From Alphaproteobacteria bacterium (lineage in GTDB: Bacteria > Pseudomonadota > Alphaproteobacteria > MPNO01): a DNA stretch of 64,000 nucleotides. The DNA lies in assembly GCA_964291675.2 (NCBI GenBank), contig OZ219865.1, forward strand, positions 1,087,547-1,151,546. Reading direction: 5' to 3'. The position numbers were made by a program, and so were the translations under genes. Below the pieces are notes generated by a model. It was not told the DNA's origin. It saw only the letters and a program-made list of their open reading frames with translations, and did not search any database. Positions 19,548 through 30,358 of the stretch are shown here, piece after piece (within the stretch, counting starts at the first letter, position 1; every line of letters begins with the position of its first letter).

Positions 19548-20498
19548 TCACGCGCCGGCCGCTTCGAGCCCGCGCCGGAGATCGATCCGCTCGATCCCCT
19601 CGGCGATGACCACCAGCCGCGTCTCCGCCCGCCCGCCCGGCCACGCCTCCAACCCCGTCGGGGGGTGCAGCAGGTGATGGATCCCGTTCACCGCGATGGG
19701 AAAATCGTATTCCCGCGTGCGCACCACGCCCTTGATCCTGAGCACGTCGGCGCCGCGGAGCGCGGTCAGCGAATCGAGCCAGCGCACGAACCCGGCCCAG
19801 CGTAGCGGCCGCTCCACGACCAGACAATGCGCGGCGATCCCGCTGTGCGAAGCGTGGTCTCCGTCTTCGAACCGCCCCGGCACCGGGCTCGCCGGCGCCG
19901 TCAGCGTCCCGGCATCGACCGCCGCGCCCGGCAGCACCGGGGCGGTCGGGTTGATGCGCGCCACCGTCCCGGCCAGCGCCGCCCCGGCGCCGGCCCCGGC
20001 GATGTCGAGCTTGGTCAGCGCGATCCGGTCGGCCGCCGCGATCTGGCGGCGCGCCTCGCCGTGGCGCTCGATCTGCGAGATGCCGTGGACCGCATCGACG
20101 GTGGCGGTCGCCGAGCCCGCCCGGAAGCGGCCGGCAAGCGCCGGATCGGTCGCGAGGGTCTGGAGGATGGGGCCGGGATCGGCGAGCCCCGTGGTCTCGA
20201 CGATGACCCGCGAGAAGGACGGCACCAGCCCCGCCCGCCGCCGCCCGGCGAGGTCGGAGAGCGAATCGACCAGGTCGCCGCGAATCGAGCAGCAGATGCA
20301 GCCGCTGTTCAGGATCATCGTCTCCTCGGCCGCCTCGGTGATCAGCGCGTGGTCGACGGCGACCTCGCCGAACTCGTTGACGATCACCGCGCTGTCGCCG
20401 AGCGCGGGCGAGGCGAGCAGCCGGTTGAGCAGCGTCGTCTTGCCGCTCCCGAGAAACCCGGCGAGCACGTGGACCGGGATTTCGGCCCGCCCGGTCAC
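19548..20498 (-). CDS. CobW/COG0523 metallochaperone GTPase
   Basis: GFLGSGKTT, VNEFGE, GCICC, ETTGLADP, LRIKG. Confidence 0.92.
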   Translation of the reverse strand: MTGRAEIPVHVLAGFLGSGKTTLLNRLLASPALGDSAVIVNEFGEVAVDHALITEAAEETMILNSGCICCSIRGDLVDSLSDLAGRRRAGLVPSFSRVIVETTGLADPGPILQTLATDPALAGRFRAGSATATVDAVHGISQIERHGEARRQIAAADRIALTKLDIAGAGAGAALAGTVARINPTAPVLPGAAVDAGTLTAPASPVPGRFEDGDHASHSGIAAHCLVVERPLRWAGFVRWLDSLTALRGADVLRIKGVVRTREYDFPIAVNGIHHLLHPPTGLEAWPGGRAETRLVVIAEGIERIDLRRGLEAAGA

Positions 20499-21331
20499 GC
20501 CAGGAAGGCCAGCTCGGCCAGCTGCTCGTGGGTGGCGATCCACACCCAGTCGAGCCGCTTGACCATGTCGATGGCGGCCTTGAACTCGATGGCGCCGGCC
20601 GGGCGGCCGAACACATGGGCGTGCGCGGTCACGTCGACGGTGGCGTACGGGCTGCCGATCTCGTGCCAGCGGTCGAGGATGCGGGCGAGCCGCCGGGTGA
20701 ACGCCTCGGGCTCGTGGCCGTAGCGCAGCGCGATGGGCAGGTCGTTGATGTCCATCGTGACCGGCACGCAGGCGAGCGGACCCGCGGCGGTCCGGGTCAG
20801 GTAGGGCAGGTCGCGGTCGAACGCATCGAGCGTCCAGCGGAACCCGTGCCTGGCGAGAAGCTCGGCGGTGTTCTCGCTGCTGGTGGCGCGCGGGCTGACG
20901 AAACCCTCCGGGCGCTTGCGGATGCAGGCCTCGAACGCCTCCACCCCGCGGACGAGATCGCGTTCCTCGGTCTCGCGGTCCTGATAGACCGGGAGCAGGT
21001 TCTGCGCCCAGCCATGCGCGCCGACCGGATGGCCGTCGGCATCGATGCGCCGCAACAGCTCGGGCCAGCGTTCGGCGATGATGCCGCTGGCGTATGCGGT
21101 GCAGGGGATGCCGGCCTCGGCGACGATGTCGAGCAACCGCCACGCGCCCACATTCATGCCATACAGCGCCCAGGACCGCGCCTGGGTATCGGGGAAGCCG
21201 GGCTTGAGCGGGTTGCCCATCGGCCCGACCCCGGGCGCCGCGTCGTCGGTCCACGCCTCGCACATGATGTTGATGGACACCGCGATCCTGCGCCCCGCCG
21301 GCCAGCCCCGCGGCGGCTCCGTATTCGTCAT
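20495..21331 (-). CDS. Polysaccharide deacetylase family protein (PuuE-like)
   Basis: WP.G.RIAVS, YGMNVGAWRLL, AHGWAQ, HAHVFGRP. Confidence 0.85.
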   Translation of the reverse strand: MTNTEPPRGWPAGRRIAVSINIMCEAWTDDAAPGVGPMGNPLKPGFPDTQARSWALYGMNVGAWRLLDIVAEAGIPCTAYASGIIAERWPELLRRIDADGHPVGAHGWAQNLLPVYQDRETEERDLVRGVEAFEACIRKRPEGFVSPRATSSENTAELLARHGFRWTLDAFDRDLPYLTRTAAGPLACVPVTMDINDLPIALRYGHEPEAFTRRLARILDRWHEIGSPYATVDVTAHAHVFGRPAGAIEFKAAIDMVKRLDWVWIATHEQLAELAFLA

Positions 21332-21386
21332 CCCGCGCCCGCTCCCGTTCGGCTTTTCCTATTCTCTCACAAAGCCGACGCCGCGG

Positions 21387-22784
21387 TCACAGCAGCCACC
21401 ACGCCGCCAGCCCGAGAAAGGCGAAGAAGGCGATCGCGTCGGTGATCGTGGTCAGCAGCACGCCGGATGCGATCGCCGGGTCGATCGCGGTGCGCGACAG
21501 GCAGAACGGGATCGCCGTGCCGGCAAGCCCGGCGATGACCATGGTCACCGCCATGGCCGCGGCCATCACCAGGCCGATCGACGGATCGCCCGACCAGACC
21601 CAGGCGACGATGCCGACGATGAGCGCGAACAGCACCCCGTTCAGCAGCCCGACCAGCCCTTCCTTCGACAGCACCCGCCAGGCATTGGCCGAGGTCAGGT
21701 CGCGCATCGCGATCGCCCGCACTGCGACGGTGAGCGACTGGGTGCCGGCATTGCCGCCCATCGAGGCGGCGATCGGCATCAGCACCGCGAGGATGACGAT
21801 CTGCGCGATGGTCGCCTCGAACAGCCCGATGACGATGGAGGCGAGGATGGCCGTCAACAGGTTGACGAAGAGCCAGGAGAACCGCGCCTTGCCGGTGTCG
21901 ATGACGGCCTCGTAGATGTCGGTCTCCGAAACGCCGCCGAGGCGCATCAGATCCTCCTCCGCCTCCCGGTGGATGACGTCGACGATGTCGTCGACGGTGA
22001 TCACCCCGATCAGCCGCCCGACATCGTCGACCACCGGAGCCGAGACCAGATCCTTCTGGGCGAAGGCGTAGGCGACCTCTTCCTGGTCCATGCCGACCGG
22101 CACGGTCGCCACCTCGCGGCGCGACAGCTCGCGCATCGGCACCGGCCGTCTGGTGCGCAGCACGTGGCTCAGCGCCACCACGCCGACCGGGCGGTGGCCG
22201 GGATCGACCACGAAGATGTCGTAAAAGTCGTTGGGCAGGCTGTCGGCCTCGCGCAGGTAGTCGATGGTCTCGCCCACGGTCCAGAAGGTCGGCACCGCGA
22301 CGAGGTCGCGCTGCATCAGCCGCCCCGCGCTGTCCTCCGGATAGGCGAGCCCCCGCTCCAGCGCGTTGCGCAGGGCGTCCGGGATCGCCTGCATCACCTC
22401 GCGCTGCCGGGCCTCGTCGAGCGCCGAGATCAGCAACAGCGCGTCGTCCGATTCGAGCCCGGCGATGGCGCCCGCCAGGCGCTTCGTGCCGAGGCGCTCG
22501 GCGATGTCCCCGAACACCGAGTCGTCGAGCTCGGGCAGGATCTGCGGCGGAAAGGCGGGCTCCAGGATGTCGACCACCCGGGCGCGGTGCTCGGCGTTGA
22601 GCTGCTCCAGGAGGTCGGCCACCTCGGCGAAATGGAGCGCGGCCACCAGAGCCGCCGCGCGCTCGTCCCGGCCGGTCTCCAGCGCATCGATCACCGCGCG
22701 CGCCACCGCCGGGTCGAGCCCGGCCAGCCCGGCAAGCACGGCGCCGTCGCCGGCTTCGGCCGCAGCCTCCTGCGACTGGCTCAT
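21387..22784 (-). CDS. mgtE: Magnesium transporter
   Basis: YPEDSAGRLM, CBS pair, MGGNAGTQ, DPAIASG..LTTITD. Confidence 0.95.
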   Translation of the reverse strand: MSQSQEAAAEAGDGAVLAGLAGLDPAVARAVIDALETGRDERAAALVAALHFAEVADLLEQLNAEHRARVVDILEPAFPPQILPELDDSVFGDIAERLGTKRLAGAIAGLESDDALLLISALDEARQREVMQAIPDALRNALERGLAYPEDSAGRLMQRDLVAVPTFWTVGETIDYLREADSLPNDFYDIFVVDPGHRPVGVVALSHVLRTRRPVPMRELSRREVATVPVGMDQEEVAYAFAQKDLVSAPVVDDVGRLIGVITVDDIVDVIHREAEEDLMRLGGVSETDIYEAVIDTGKARFSWLFVNLLTAILASIVIGLFEATIAQIVILAVLMPIAASMGGNAGTQSLTVAVRAIAMRDLTSANAWRVLSKEGLVGLLNGVLFALIVGIVAWVWSGDPSIGLVMAAAMAVTMVIAGLAGTAIPFCLSRTAIDPAIASGVLLTTITDAIAFFAFLGLAAWWLL

Positions 22785-22820
22785 GTCAGCCTCCGAACGG
22801 CGCGTAGGCCGGATACGGAA

Positions 22821-22849
22821 CGGGCCCGCCCCTCGATTGGGCGGGCCCG
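22821..22849 (-). terminator. GC hairpin downstream of tRNA-Leu
   Basis: CGGGCCCGCCC-loop-GGGCGGGCCCG inverted repeat; weak U tract. Confidence 0.5.
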
Positions 22850-22855
22850 GCGAGA

Positions 22856-22942
22856 TGGTGCGGTCGAGAAGACTCGAACTTCCACGGGATTGCTCCCACA
22901 GCGACCTCAACGCTGCGCGTCTACCAGTTCCGCCACGACCGC
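22856..22942 (-). tRNA. tRNA-Leu(GAG)
   Basis: GCGGTCG acceptor stem, CAGCG-TTGAGGT-CGCTG anticodon arm, long variable arm, GTTCGA, encoded CCA. Confidence 0.96.
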
Positions 22943-23044
22943 ATAGTTGTTGGACTCGAGCCCTGCAATGGCCAAATTACGCGGGGCGGGCATAGCAAAA
23001 TGCACTGCGCGCCGCAAGGCGCGCGGCGTGTCGGGGGATCGCCG

Positions 23045-23701
23045 ATGACGGTCGAGTGGGCTGTGCAGCCGGGTCTGCAGCCCTATGCGGATGCGGTGCG
23101 CAGGATGGAGGAACGGGTGGCCGCCATCCACGCCGGCACCGCGGACGAGCTTGTCTGGCTGGTGGAGCATCCGCCGCTCTATACCGCCGGCACCTCGGCG
23201 CGCGAGGACGACCTGCTGGCGCCGGGACGCTTTCCGGTGCACGCGACCGGCCGGGGCGGCGAATTCACCTATCACGGGCCGGGCCAGCGCGTGGCCTATC
23301 TGATGCTCGACCTGGCCCGGCGCGGGCGCGACGTGCGCCGTTTCGTGCGTTCCATCGAGGCCTGGCTGATCGCCACGCTCGCCGAGCTCGGCGTCAGCGG
23401 CGAGCGGCGCGACGGGCGCGTCGGGATCTGGGTGGAGCGGCCCGGCGGCGAGGCCAAGATCGCGGCTGTCGGCCTCCGCCTGCGCCGCTGGATCAGCTAT
23501 CACGGGGTGTCGCTCAACGTCGCGCCGGAGCTCTCGCATTACGACGGGATCGTCCCCTGCGGCATCGCCGGGCACGGCGTGACCTCGCTCGCCGAGCTCG
23601 GCGTCGCGGCCTCGATGGACGAGGTGGACGAGGCGCTGAAGCGTCACTTCCAGCGCGCGTTCGCCGTCACGACGGCGCGGCCGAGCGGCACAGCACGATG
23701 A
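23045..23701 (+). CDS. lipB: Lipoyl(octanoyl) transferase
   Basis: [34 protein letters not shown]. Confidence 0.95.
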   Translation: MTVEWAVQPGLQPYADAVRRMEERVAAIHAGTADELVWLVEHPPLYTAGTSAREDDLLAPGRFPVHATGRGGEFTYHGPGQRVAYLMLDLARRGRDVRRFVRSIEAWLIATLAELGVSGERRDGRVGIWVERPGGEAKIAAVGLRLRRWISYHGVSLNVAPELSHYDGIVPCGIAGHGVTSLAELGVAASMDEVDEALKRHFQRAFAVTTARPSGTAR

Positions 23702-24374
23702 ACCGGGCGGCCGCGTCGAGCTCGCGGCGCAGGACCTCGCGCGCCTCGCGGGCCTCGCCGTCCTCGCCCCAGCGACCGGCCTGGTAGCTCTCGTCGATCT
23801 GCGACGCGGCCCAGGCCTCCTCGACGCCGATCCGCCCGGCGGTCATGGCGAGCGCCAGCACGATCGAGCCGACCGCCCCGGTGGCGCGCTGGAAGGCGGC
23901 CAGCACGAAATCGTCGAACCCGGCCACCGCCTCGCGCAGCGCATCGACCGCCTCGCCGGGCTGCGGCGCCGGGATCAGCGCCGTGGTGACCTCGAGCCGG
24001 GCGCCGTATTCCTCGGCGATCCACGCCACCAGAGGGTCCCACGCCGCCTGCTGGCGCAGCCGCAACTCCTCCGGCGCCTCGACGCGGTAGCACACCAGAT
24101 CGGTCTCGCCGTAGCCGGCGATCTCCGCCAACACCTCGTCCCGCTTCTCGCCCACGATGTCGAGCGCCGTGTTGGCGAGCCTGGTGAGCGGCATCGACAA
24201 CGGCGCCACGGTTTTCCCCTGGACCGACCATTCCCCGGCGATCGCCTCGGCGAGCGGGGCGCTCGGCAGCACCAGCGTCCGTTTTCCGGGCGTCCGCACC
24301 GGGCGGTCGTCGAGGAACACGCCGAACCCGCTTTCCGCCGGCGCGGAGCTCGCCCTCTCGTAGAACCGCCGCAA
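23667..24374 (-). CDS. ATP12 chaperone family protein
   Basis: MRRFY...LDDRPVRTP...[10 protein letters not shown]...TDLVCYR. Confidence 0.9.
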   Translation of the reverse strand: MRRFYERASSAPAESGFGVFLDDRPVRTPGKRTLVLPSAPLAEAIAGEWSVQGKTVAPLSMPLTRLANTALDIVGEKRDEVLAEIAGYGETDLVCYRVEAPEELRLRQQAAWDPLVAWIAEEYGARLEVTTALIPAPQPGEAVDALREAVAGFDDFVLAAFQRATGAVGSIVLALAMTAGRIGVEEAWAASQIDESYQAGRWGEDGEAREAREVLRRELDAAARFIVLCRSAAPS

Positions 24375-24389
24375 TTCCCGGACCGCTCG

Positions 24390-25628
24390 TTAGCCGGCGT
24401 CCGAATCCCGGAACACCGCGAGCGCCGCGTCGACGCCCGCGCCCGGCGGGGCGGCATAGCCGCACTGGCGCAGCGTCGCCTCGAAGGCGGCAAGGGTGGT
24501 GAGCACGGCGTCCTTGCGGCAGTTATAGGCCATCGTCCCGATGCGCCAGATTTTTCCGCGCAGCGGCCCGAAGGAGGTGCCGATCTCGATGCTGAAATCC
24601 TCCAGCATGGCACGGATCGCCCGGTCGCCGTCGACGCCGTCGGGGATGACGATTCCGGTGACGTTGACCATCTTGTTGTCGACGTCGCCGAAGATCTCCA
24701 GCCCCATCGCAAGCAGCCCGGCGACCAGCGCCCGCCCGACCAGGGCATGCCGGGCAAAGCGCGCGTCCAGCCCCTCCTCAAGCGCGATGCGGAAGCACTC
24801 CCGGGCGCCGTAGAGCATCGTCGTCGCCTCGGTGTGGTGGTTGAGCCGCATCTCGCTCCAGTAATCCATCAGCATCGGCAGGTCGAAATAGTTCGAGCGG
24901 ATCTGCGCGCCTTCCGCCTCGGCCATGCCTTCCGGACGGATGCCCTGCTCGATGTGGTGCCGCGGACCGAGCGCCTCGACCACCCGCTCGTTGAAGGTGA
25001 TGGGCGCCGAGCCGGACGGCCCCGACAGGCATTTCTGGAGACCCGCCGCGGCGGCGTCGATCTGCCAGTCGTCGACCGGCAGCGCCATCCCGCCCAGCGT
25101 CGCCGTGGCGTCGACGAACAGCAGCGCCCCGTGGCGCCGGCACAGCTTGCCGATCTCGTCGAGCGGCTGGGCCATGGTGGTCGAGGTGTCGCCGTGCACC
25201 GCGGCCACCAGCTTGGGCCGTTCCCGTCTGAGCGCGTCCTCCACCCGGTCGGGGGTGAACACCGTGCCCCACTCGGTGTCGATCGTGCAAACCCGGGCGC
25301 CGGCCCGCTCGGCGATCTCGCAGAGAAGATGTCCGAACCGCCCGAATATCGGAACCAGCACCCGGTCTCCCGGCTCGATCAGCGAGACCAGGATCGCCTC
25401 GATCGCCGCGCGCGCCGTCCCGTCGACCAGCAGCGACCAGTGGTTTTGGGTGCGCCACACCTGGCGCGACAGCGCCATGACCTCGTTCATGTAGCCGGTG
25501 AAGACGGGGTCGAACTGGCCCAGCATCGGCATCGACATCGCCCGCAATACGCGCGGATCGACATTGATGGGGCCCGGCCCCATCAACAGGCGCGGCGGCG
25601 GGTTGAGATCTCCGAAAGTTTCCGACAT
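24390..25628 (-). CDS. pucG: Class V aminotransferase, ureidoglycine-glyoxylate aminotransferase-like
   Basis: LMGPGP, GLQKCLSGP PLP lysine, IRSNYFDL, LNHHTEAT, EIGTSFGPL. Confidence 0.8.
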   Translation of the reverse strand: MSETFGDLNPPPRLLMGPGPINVDPRVLRAMSMPMLGQFDPVFTGYMNEVMALSRQVWRTQNHWSLLVDGTARAAIEAILVSLIEPGDRVLVPIFGRFGHLLCEIAERAGARVCTIDTEWGTVFTPDRVEDALRRERPKLVAAVHGDTSTTMAQPLDEIGKLCRRHGALLFVDATATLGGMALPVDDWQIDAAAAGLQKCLSGPSGSAPITFNERVVEALGPRHHIEQGIRPEGMAEAEGAQIRSNYFDLPMLMDYWSEMRLNHHTEATTMLYGARECFRIALEEGLDARFARHALVGRALVAGLLAMGLEIFGDVDNKMVNVTGIVIPDGVDGDRAIRAMLEDFSIEIGTSFGPLRGKIWRIGTMAYNCRKDAVLTTLAAFEATLRQCGYAAPPGAGVDAALAVFRDSDAG

Positions 25629-25760
25629 GGGCTGGCGCTTCCCCCCGATCTGCCGTTCCGACAGGGGGCGATAGCCCAAATCGCGCGGCGCCACAACGAT
25701 TGCGCGTCGCAAAGCGGCCGGCCTTGGGCTAGGCTTCGCTCGATCAGGGAGCGACCCGTC

Positions 25761-26723
25761 TTGGCCCGATACCCGATTCCGGACCGGCTTCTGGTGGCGA
25801 TCGGCGGCAACGCGGTGCATCCGGAGACCACCTCCGGGACCGTCGCCGAGCAGCGCGAATACGCCGAGCGGACCGCGGCCTCGCTGCTGCCGCTGATGCG
25901 CCTCGGCAACCAGCTCGTGCTGACCCACGGCAACGGGCCGGTGGTCGGCAAGATCATGATGCGCCAGGCGATCGCGCGCAGCCGCGTGGCGCCGATGTCG
26001 CTCGACATCTGCGTCGCCCACAGCCAGGGCGGGGTGGCCTATCTGCTGTTGCAGGCGATGGAGAACGCGCTCCGCGTCATCGACAATCCGCGCCACGTCG
26101 TGTGCCTGCTCACCCAGGTCGAGGTCGACCCGGACGATCCCGCCTTCGACAACCCGACCAAGCCGATCGGCTATTTCTACTCCGAGGAGGAGGCGAAGGC
26201 GCTGGCCCGCGAGACCGGCTGGGAGATGCGCGAAGACTCCGGGCGGGGCTGGCGCCACGTGGTGCCCTCGCCGCGCCCGCGCCACGTCGCCGACCTCGCG
26301 CTGGTCCGCGACATCGCCGCCCAGGGCGCGGTGGTGATCGCCGGCGGCGGCGGCGGCATCCCGGTGCTGCGCCTGGCCGACGGCACCCGCACCGGCGTCG
26401 AGGCGGTGATCGACAAGGACCTCACCTCGGCGCTGATGGCCGGCGCGCTCGGCGTCGAGACGATCATGATCCTCACCGGGGTAGAGCGCGTGGCGGTCGA
26501 TTTCGGCACCCCCGGCCAGCGCAGCCTCGACAGCGTGACGCTGGCCGAGATCAGGCGCCACCGCGACGACGGGCAGTTCCCGCCGGGCAGCATGGGCCCC
26601 AAGATCGACGCGGCGATCGACTTCATCGAACGCGGCGGCAGGCGGGTGGTGATCGGCCCGCTGGACCGGGCGGTCGACGCGCTTGAAGGGAGGACCGGAA
26701 CCCACATCGTCGCCGATGGGTGA
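25761..26723 (+). CDS. arcC: Carbamate kinase
   Basis: AIGGNA, THGNGP, PTKPIG, GGGGIPV, EAVIDKD, GSMGPK. Confidence 0.9.
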   Translation: MARYPIPDRLLVAIGGNAVHPETTSGTVAEQREYAERTAASLLPLMRLGNQLVLTHGNGPVVGKIMMRQAIARSRVAPMSLDICVAHSQGGVAYLLLQAMENALRVIDNPRHVVCLLTQVEVDPDDPAFDNPTKPIGYFYSEEEAKALARETGWEMREDSGRGWRHVVPSPRPRHVADLALVRDIAAQGAVVIAGGGGGIPVLRLADGTRTGVEAVIDKDLTSALMAGALGVETIMILTGVERVAVDFGTPGQRSLDSVTLAEIRRHRDDGQFPPGSMGPKIDAAIDFIERGGRRVVIGPLDRAVDALEGRTGTHIVADG

Positions 26724-27693
26724 GCCGGCGATCCGCCTCGTTCTGACGGGTTGCGACGCCGCGCGCTGCCTCCGCGCGCTCGGCCGCGACGGCGGCTCGG
26801 TGCTCGCGGTGTTCCGCCGCAGCGTCTATCTGGAACACCACGCGTCGGGAGCGATCGCCTGCGTCGGGCCTCCCGCGCTCGGCGTCGGGCCGCTCAACGC
26901 GCTTGCCGGGGAGAACGAAGCCCTGCCGGATTGGCAGGATTCGGGGCTTGCGCCCGGCGATCCGGTAGCGCCCGAGGGCGACGGCATCGGCATCGCCGGG
27001 CTGCGCGCGCTGACGTTCCGCGACGCCCGGCTGCACGATCCGCCGCGCGGCCCCCATGCATGGCCCGGAGACAGTCTCGCCAAGGCGCTCGCGCAGCTCT
27101 CGGAAATGCTGGCGCCCTTCGCGCTGGCCGACGGGCTGGCGCCGTTGGCCGACCCCGCGAAGCGCGCCGCCCCGCCCGCCTCGCCGTTGCTCGAACGGGC
27201 GCTTCCGGCCATCGCGGCGCTCGAATCCCGGCTCGCTTCCGGCGCCCCGCCGCCGCGCGAGGCGGTCGAACGGCTGGTCGGGCTCGGACCCGGGCTCACC
27301 CCCTCGGGCGACGATTTCCTCGGCGGGGCGATGATCGCGCTCGCGATGTCGGGGCGCGCCGAGGCCGCCGCCGCGCTGGCCGCACCGGTGCTGGAAGCCG
27401 CCCGGCGGGCGACGAATCGCATCAGCGCGGCGCATCTCGGCGCGGCCGCGCGTGGCTTCGGCGCCGACGCCCTGCACCTTGCGCTCGACGCGATGGCGCG
27501 CGGCGACGACCGGGCGCTGGCGGCGGCGCTGCGCGGGCTCGATGCCATCGGCCACTCATCGGGTTGGGACGCGATGGCGGGCGCGGTTTCGGCGCTGGCG
27601 GCTCAGCCGGCGGCGAGCGCCGCTGCGGTCTCGGCGGCGCCCGCGTTGGATTCGGCTACCACGATCCCCGCCTCGCGCAGCGCCGCAACCTGA
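26716..27693 (+). CDS. DUF2877 (YlbF/AllH-like) protein
   Basis: GLGPGLTPSGDDFLGG, TNRIS, IGHSSGWD. Confidence 0.85.
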   Translation: MGEPAIRLVLTGCDAARCLRALGRDGGSVLAVFRRSVYLEHHASGAIACVGPPALGVGPLNALAGENEALPDWQDSGLAPGDPVAPEGDGIGIAGLRALTFRDARLHDPPRGPHAWPGDSLAKALAQLSEMLAPFALADGLAPLADPAKRAAPPASPLLERALPAIAALESRLASGAPPPREAVERLVGLGPGLTPSGDDFLGGAMIALAMSGRAEAAAALAAPVLEAARRATNRISAAHLGAAARGFGADALHLALDAMARGDDRALAAALRGLDAIGHSSGWDAMAGAVSALAAQPAASAAAVSAAPALDSATTIPASRSAAT

Positions 27694-29093
27694 TCGGAGC
27701 GGATCTGCGGGTCCCCCTCGGTGCCGCAGACCGAGGCGATCACCGCCGGCGCCGGCCCCCGATGCGCCGCCAGCACGGCGGCGAGCCGGCCGGCCGGGTC
27801 CGCATGCGCGCCGTGACCGAGCACGACATCGACCAGCACGACGCCGGTGGCGGGATCGGCCAGCGCGGCGGCGAGCGGCGTGTCGCGCACCGCCGGCTCG
27901 ATCATCGGGTGGGGGCGGCCGCGCGTGTATTCGTCGGCGCCGAGATCGATCAGGCTGTGGCCGGACTCCGCGCCGCCAGCGCCAGGGATGGGCACGTTGG
28001 AGGCGAACGCGATGCCGGCGGCCATCAGCACGGCCTGCGCCTCGGCGCAGAGCGACCCGCCGCTGTAAAGGCCGCGGATCGCGCCGCCCGTGCGGCGATG
28101 CCGTTCAAGAGCTTCCCGCAGCGTGCGCGCCGGCTCCGGGGCGCCCGCCCCGGCCAGCGCGTCGTCGGCCGCCGCGCGCAGCGTCGCCGCCTGCCCCGCA
28201 TTGGCCGGCAGATCCATCTTTCCCATGCCGATGAAGCAGAGCGTGAAACGCTTGCGGCTGCCGGCGATGCGCTCGGCGATGCGCCCTGCCGTCGCCGGGT
28301 CGGGCGGCTTCGAGATCAGCACGATGCGCCGCGTCGCCGGGTCGCGGTCGAGCGCGTCGATCGCGGTCAGCGTCATCGCTCCGCCCACCCTGGCGCCGAG
28401 GTCGCGGCCGCCGACGCCGATGCCGTGGCTGACCCCGCCGCCGGCCCGGGCGATCAGGCAGGCGACCTCCTGCAAGCCGGTGCCGGAGGCGGCGATCAGC
28501 CCGATATCGCCGCGCGGCACCGCGTTGGCGAAACCGATGGGCGCGCCGGCAACGATGGCGGTGCCGCAATCGGGTCCCATCATCAGCAGGCCGCGCTCGC
28601 AGGCGAGCGCCTTGAGCGCGACTTCGTCCCCGATCGCGACGTTGTCGGAGAACAGCATCACGTTGAGCCCGCGCTGCAGCGCGCGGCGGGCCTCGCGCGC
28701 GGCGAACTCCCCGGGCACCGAGACGATGGCGAGATTGGCGGCGGGCAGCGCGCGGAGCGCGGTCTCCAGCGAGCGCGGGTTCCACCCCTGGCGCTGCCCT
28801 CCGCCGCCGGACGGCCCGGCGAGCGCCGCCTCGGCGCCCTCGAACGCCGCGTGCAGCGCGTCCCCGTCGTCGGCCCGGATCGCGATCAGCAGGTCGTTGG
28901 GTCCGGCGGCGTCCCCCGCTTCATCCAGCAGCCCCGCGTCGCGCAGCAGCGCCTTGTTGGACGGGCTCGCCATCGTGAGCGAGGCGGCGGCGACCCCGGC
29001 GAGGCCCTCGACCTCGCGGGAGATCCGCATCAGCGCGACCGAGTCGAGATAGAAGCCCGCGCGAATCCGTGTCCCGGCGACGCCCCCGCTCAT
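27603..29093 (-). CDS. fdrA: FdrA (AllF-like) acyl-CoA synthetase-fold protein
   Basis: YLDSVALM, SVPGEFA, FSDNV, MGPDCGT, GVGGRDL, DLGADEYTRGRPHPMI. Confidence 0.9.
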   Translation of the reverse strand: MSGGVAGTRIRAGFYLDSVALMRISREVEGLAGVAAASLTMASPSNKALLRDAGLLDEAGDAAGPNDLLIAIRADDGDALHAAFEGAEAALAGPSGGGGQRQGWNPRSLETALRALPAANLAIVSVPGEFAAREARRALQRGLNVMLFSDNVAIGDEVALKALACERGLLMMGPDCGTAIVAGAPIGFANAVPRGDIGLIAASGTGLQEVACLIARAGGGVSHGIGVGGRDLGARVGGAMTLTAIDALDRDPATRRIVLISKPPDPATAGRIAERIAGSRKRFTLCFIGMGKMDLPANAGQAATLRAAADDALAGAGAPEPARTLREALERHRRTGGAIRGLYSGGSLCAEAQAVLMAAGIAFASNVPIPGAGGAESGHSLIDLGADEYTRGRPHPMIEPAVRDTPLAAALADPATGVVLVDVVLGHGAHADPAGRLAAVLAAHRGPAPAVIASVCGTEGDPQIRSDQVAALREAGIVVAESNAGAAETAAALAAG

Positions 29094-30358
29094 GCGACGC
29101 CGAGCTCGGCCGCGAAGGCTTCGAGCGCCCGTTCGAAGCAGGCCATGGGCGCGCGCACCACCCCGGCCCCGACCTGGCCGATACCGGCCTCGCGGTGGGC
29201 GATCCCTGTATTGATGGTCGGCGCCTGGCCGGTCGCGACCACCTTGCGGATGTCGATGCCCGTCGGCACGCCGGCGAAGTCGAGCGCGGGGATGGTCCAT
29301 TCCGGGTTGCGCGCGACCGCGATCTCCTCCATGGCGCGGGTGTAGTCGAGCGCGTCGGCCGCCGTGCCCGCGCCGACGAAGCCGGCTACGGCGGGCGCCG
29401 CGGCCATGGCGAAGCCGCCGAGCCCCACGGTCTCGACGATCGTCGAATCGCCCATGTCGGGGTTGGCGTCGGCCTCGGAGAACCCCGGGAAGTAGAGCCC
29501 GCGCGGCATCTCCACCGGGGCCGCGAACCAGCGGTCGCCGAGCCCGCTGACGCGGATGCCGAACATGGTGCCGTTGCGGCTCATCGCGGTGACCACGCTG
29601 GATGCCTCGATGCCGCGCACCGGGTCCATGATCGCCTTGCCCATCGCCATGGCGACGTTGAGGAAGAACTGGTCGTTGCCGCCGATGAACTCGAACAGCC
29701 GGGCGAGCGCCGCGCGGTCCCCGACGGCGCGGGCGAGCGCCGGCGCGATGGCGCGCAGCAGCAGGCTGGTGCAGGCGACGTTGCGCTGGTGCATCTCGTC
29801 GCCCATCGAGAGCCCGCGCGCGATCAGCGGCTTGAGCGCGATCCCGCCGGCCTCGCGCAGCGCGGCGCCGAAGGCGGGGCCGAACCCGTCGGCCAGCCAG
29901 CGCAGCCGGGCCAGCACCTCGGCGTCGTTGCCGCCGAAGCGCATCACCTTGCCGAGCCCCTCGTTGAGGGTGCAGAAGGCGCGGTTCCCAAAGGACCGGT
30001 TCTCGACGACCATCACCGGCATCGAGGGCGTTATCAGCCCCGTCATCGGGCCTACCGCGTCGAAATGGTGGTTGGGGTGGAAGACGACGCCGCCGGCGGC
30101 GGCGAGTTCCTGCGCGCTCTCCAGATCGTCCGCCCAGCCTTCCAGCACGACGGCGCCGGCGATGGCGCCCCGCATCGGGCCGCACATCTCGGGCCAGCCG
30201 ATCGGCGGGCCGGCATGCAGGACGGTGCGGCCTTCGAGCCCGGCGATCGCCTCGCCGGCGACGGCGACGTCGGCCAGCACGGGATCGGCCGCCAGCATGC
30301 GCTCGACCGCGCGCGCATTGGCCGCCTCGATGGCGGCGGCTGCGTCGCCCGCGGTCAC
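29090..30358 (-). CDS. DUF1116 (YlbE/AllG-like) protein
   Basis: LHAGPP, NEGLGKVMRFG, MGDEMHQRN, NPDMGDS, INTGIAH. Confidence 0.9.
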   Translation of the reverse strand: MTAGDAAAAIEAANARAVERMLAADPVLADVAVAGEAIAGLEGRTVLHAGPPIGWPEMCGPMRGAIAGAVVLEGWADDLESAQELAAAGGVVFHPNHHFDAVGPMTGLITPSMPVMVVENRSFGNRAFCTLNEGLGKVMRFGGNDAEVLARLRWLADGFGPAFGAALREAGGIALKPLIARGLSMGDEMHQRNVACTSLLLRAIAPALARAVGDRAALARLFEFIGGNDQFFLNVAMAMGKAIMDPVRGIEASSVVTAMSRNGTMFGIRVSGLGDRWFAAPVEMPRGLYFPGFSEADANPDMGDSTIVETVGLGGFAMAAAPAVAGFVGAGTAADALDYTRAMEEIAVARNPEWTIPALDFAGVPTGIDIRKVVATGQAPTINTGIAHREAGIGQVGAGVVRAPMACFERALEAFAAELGVA

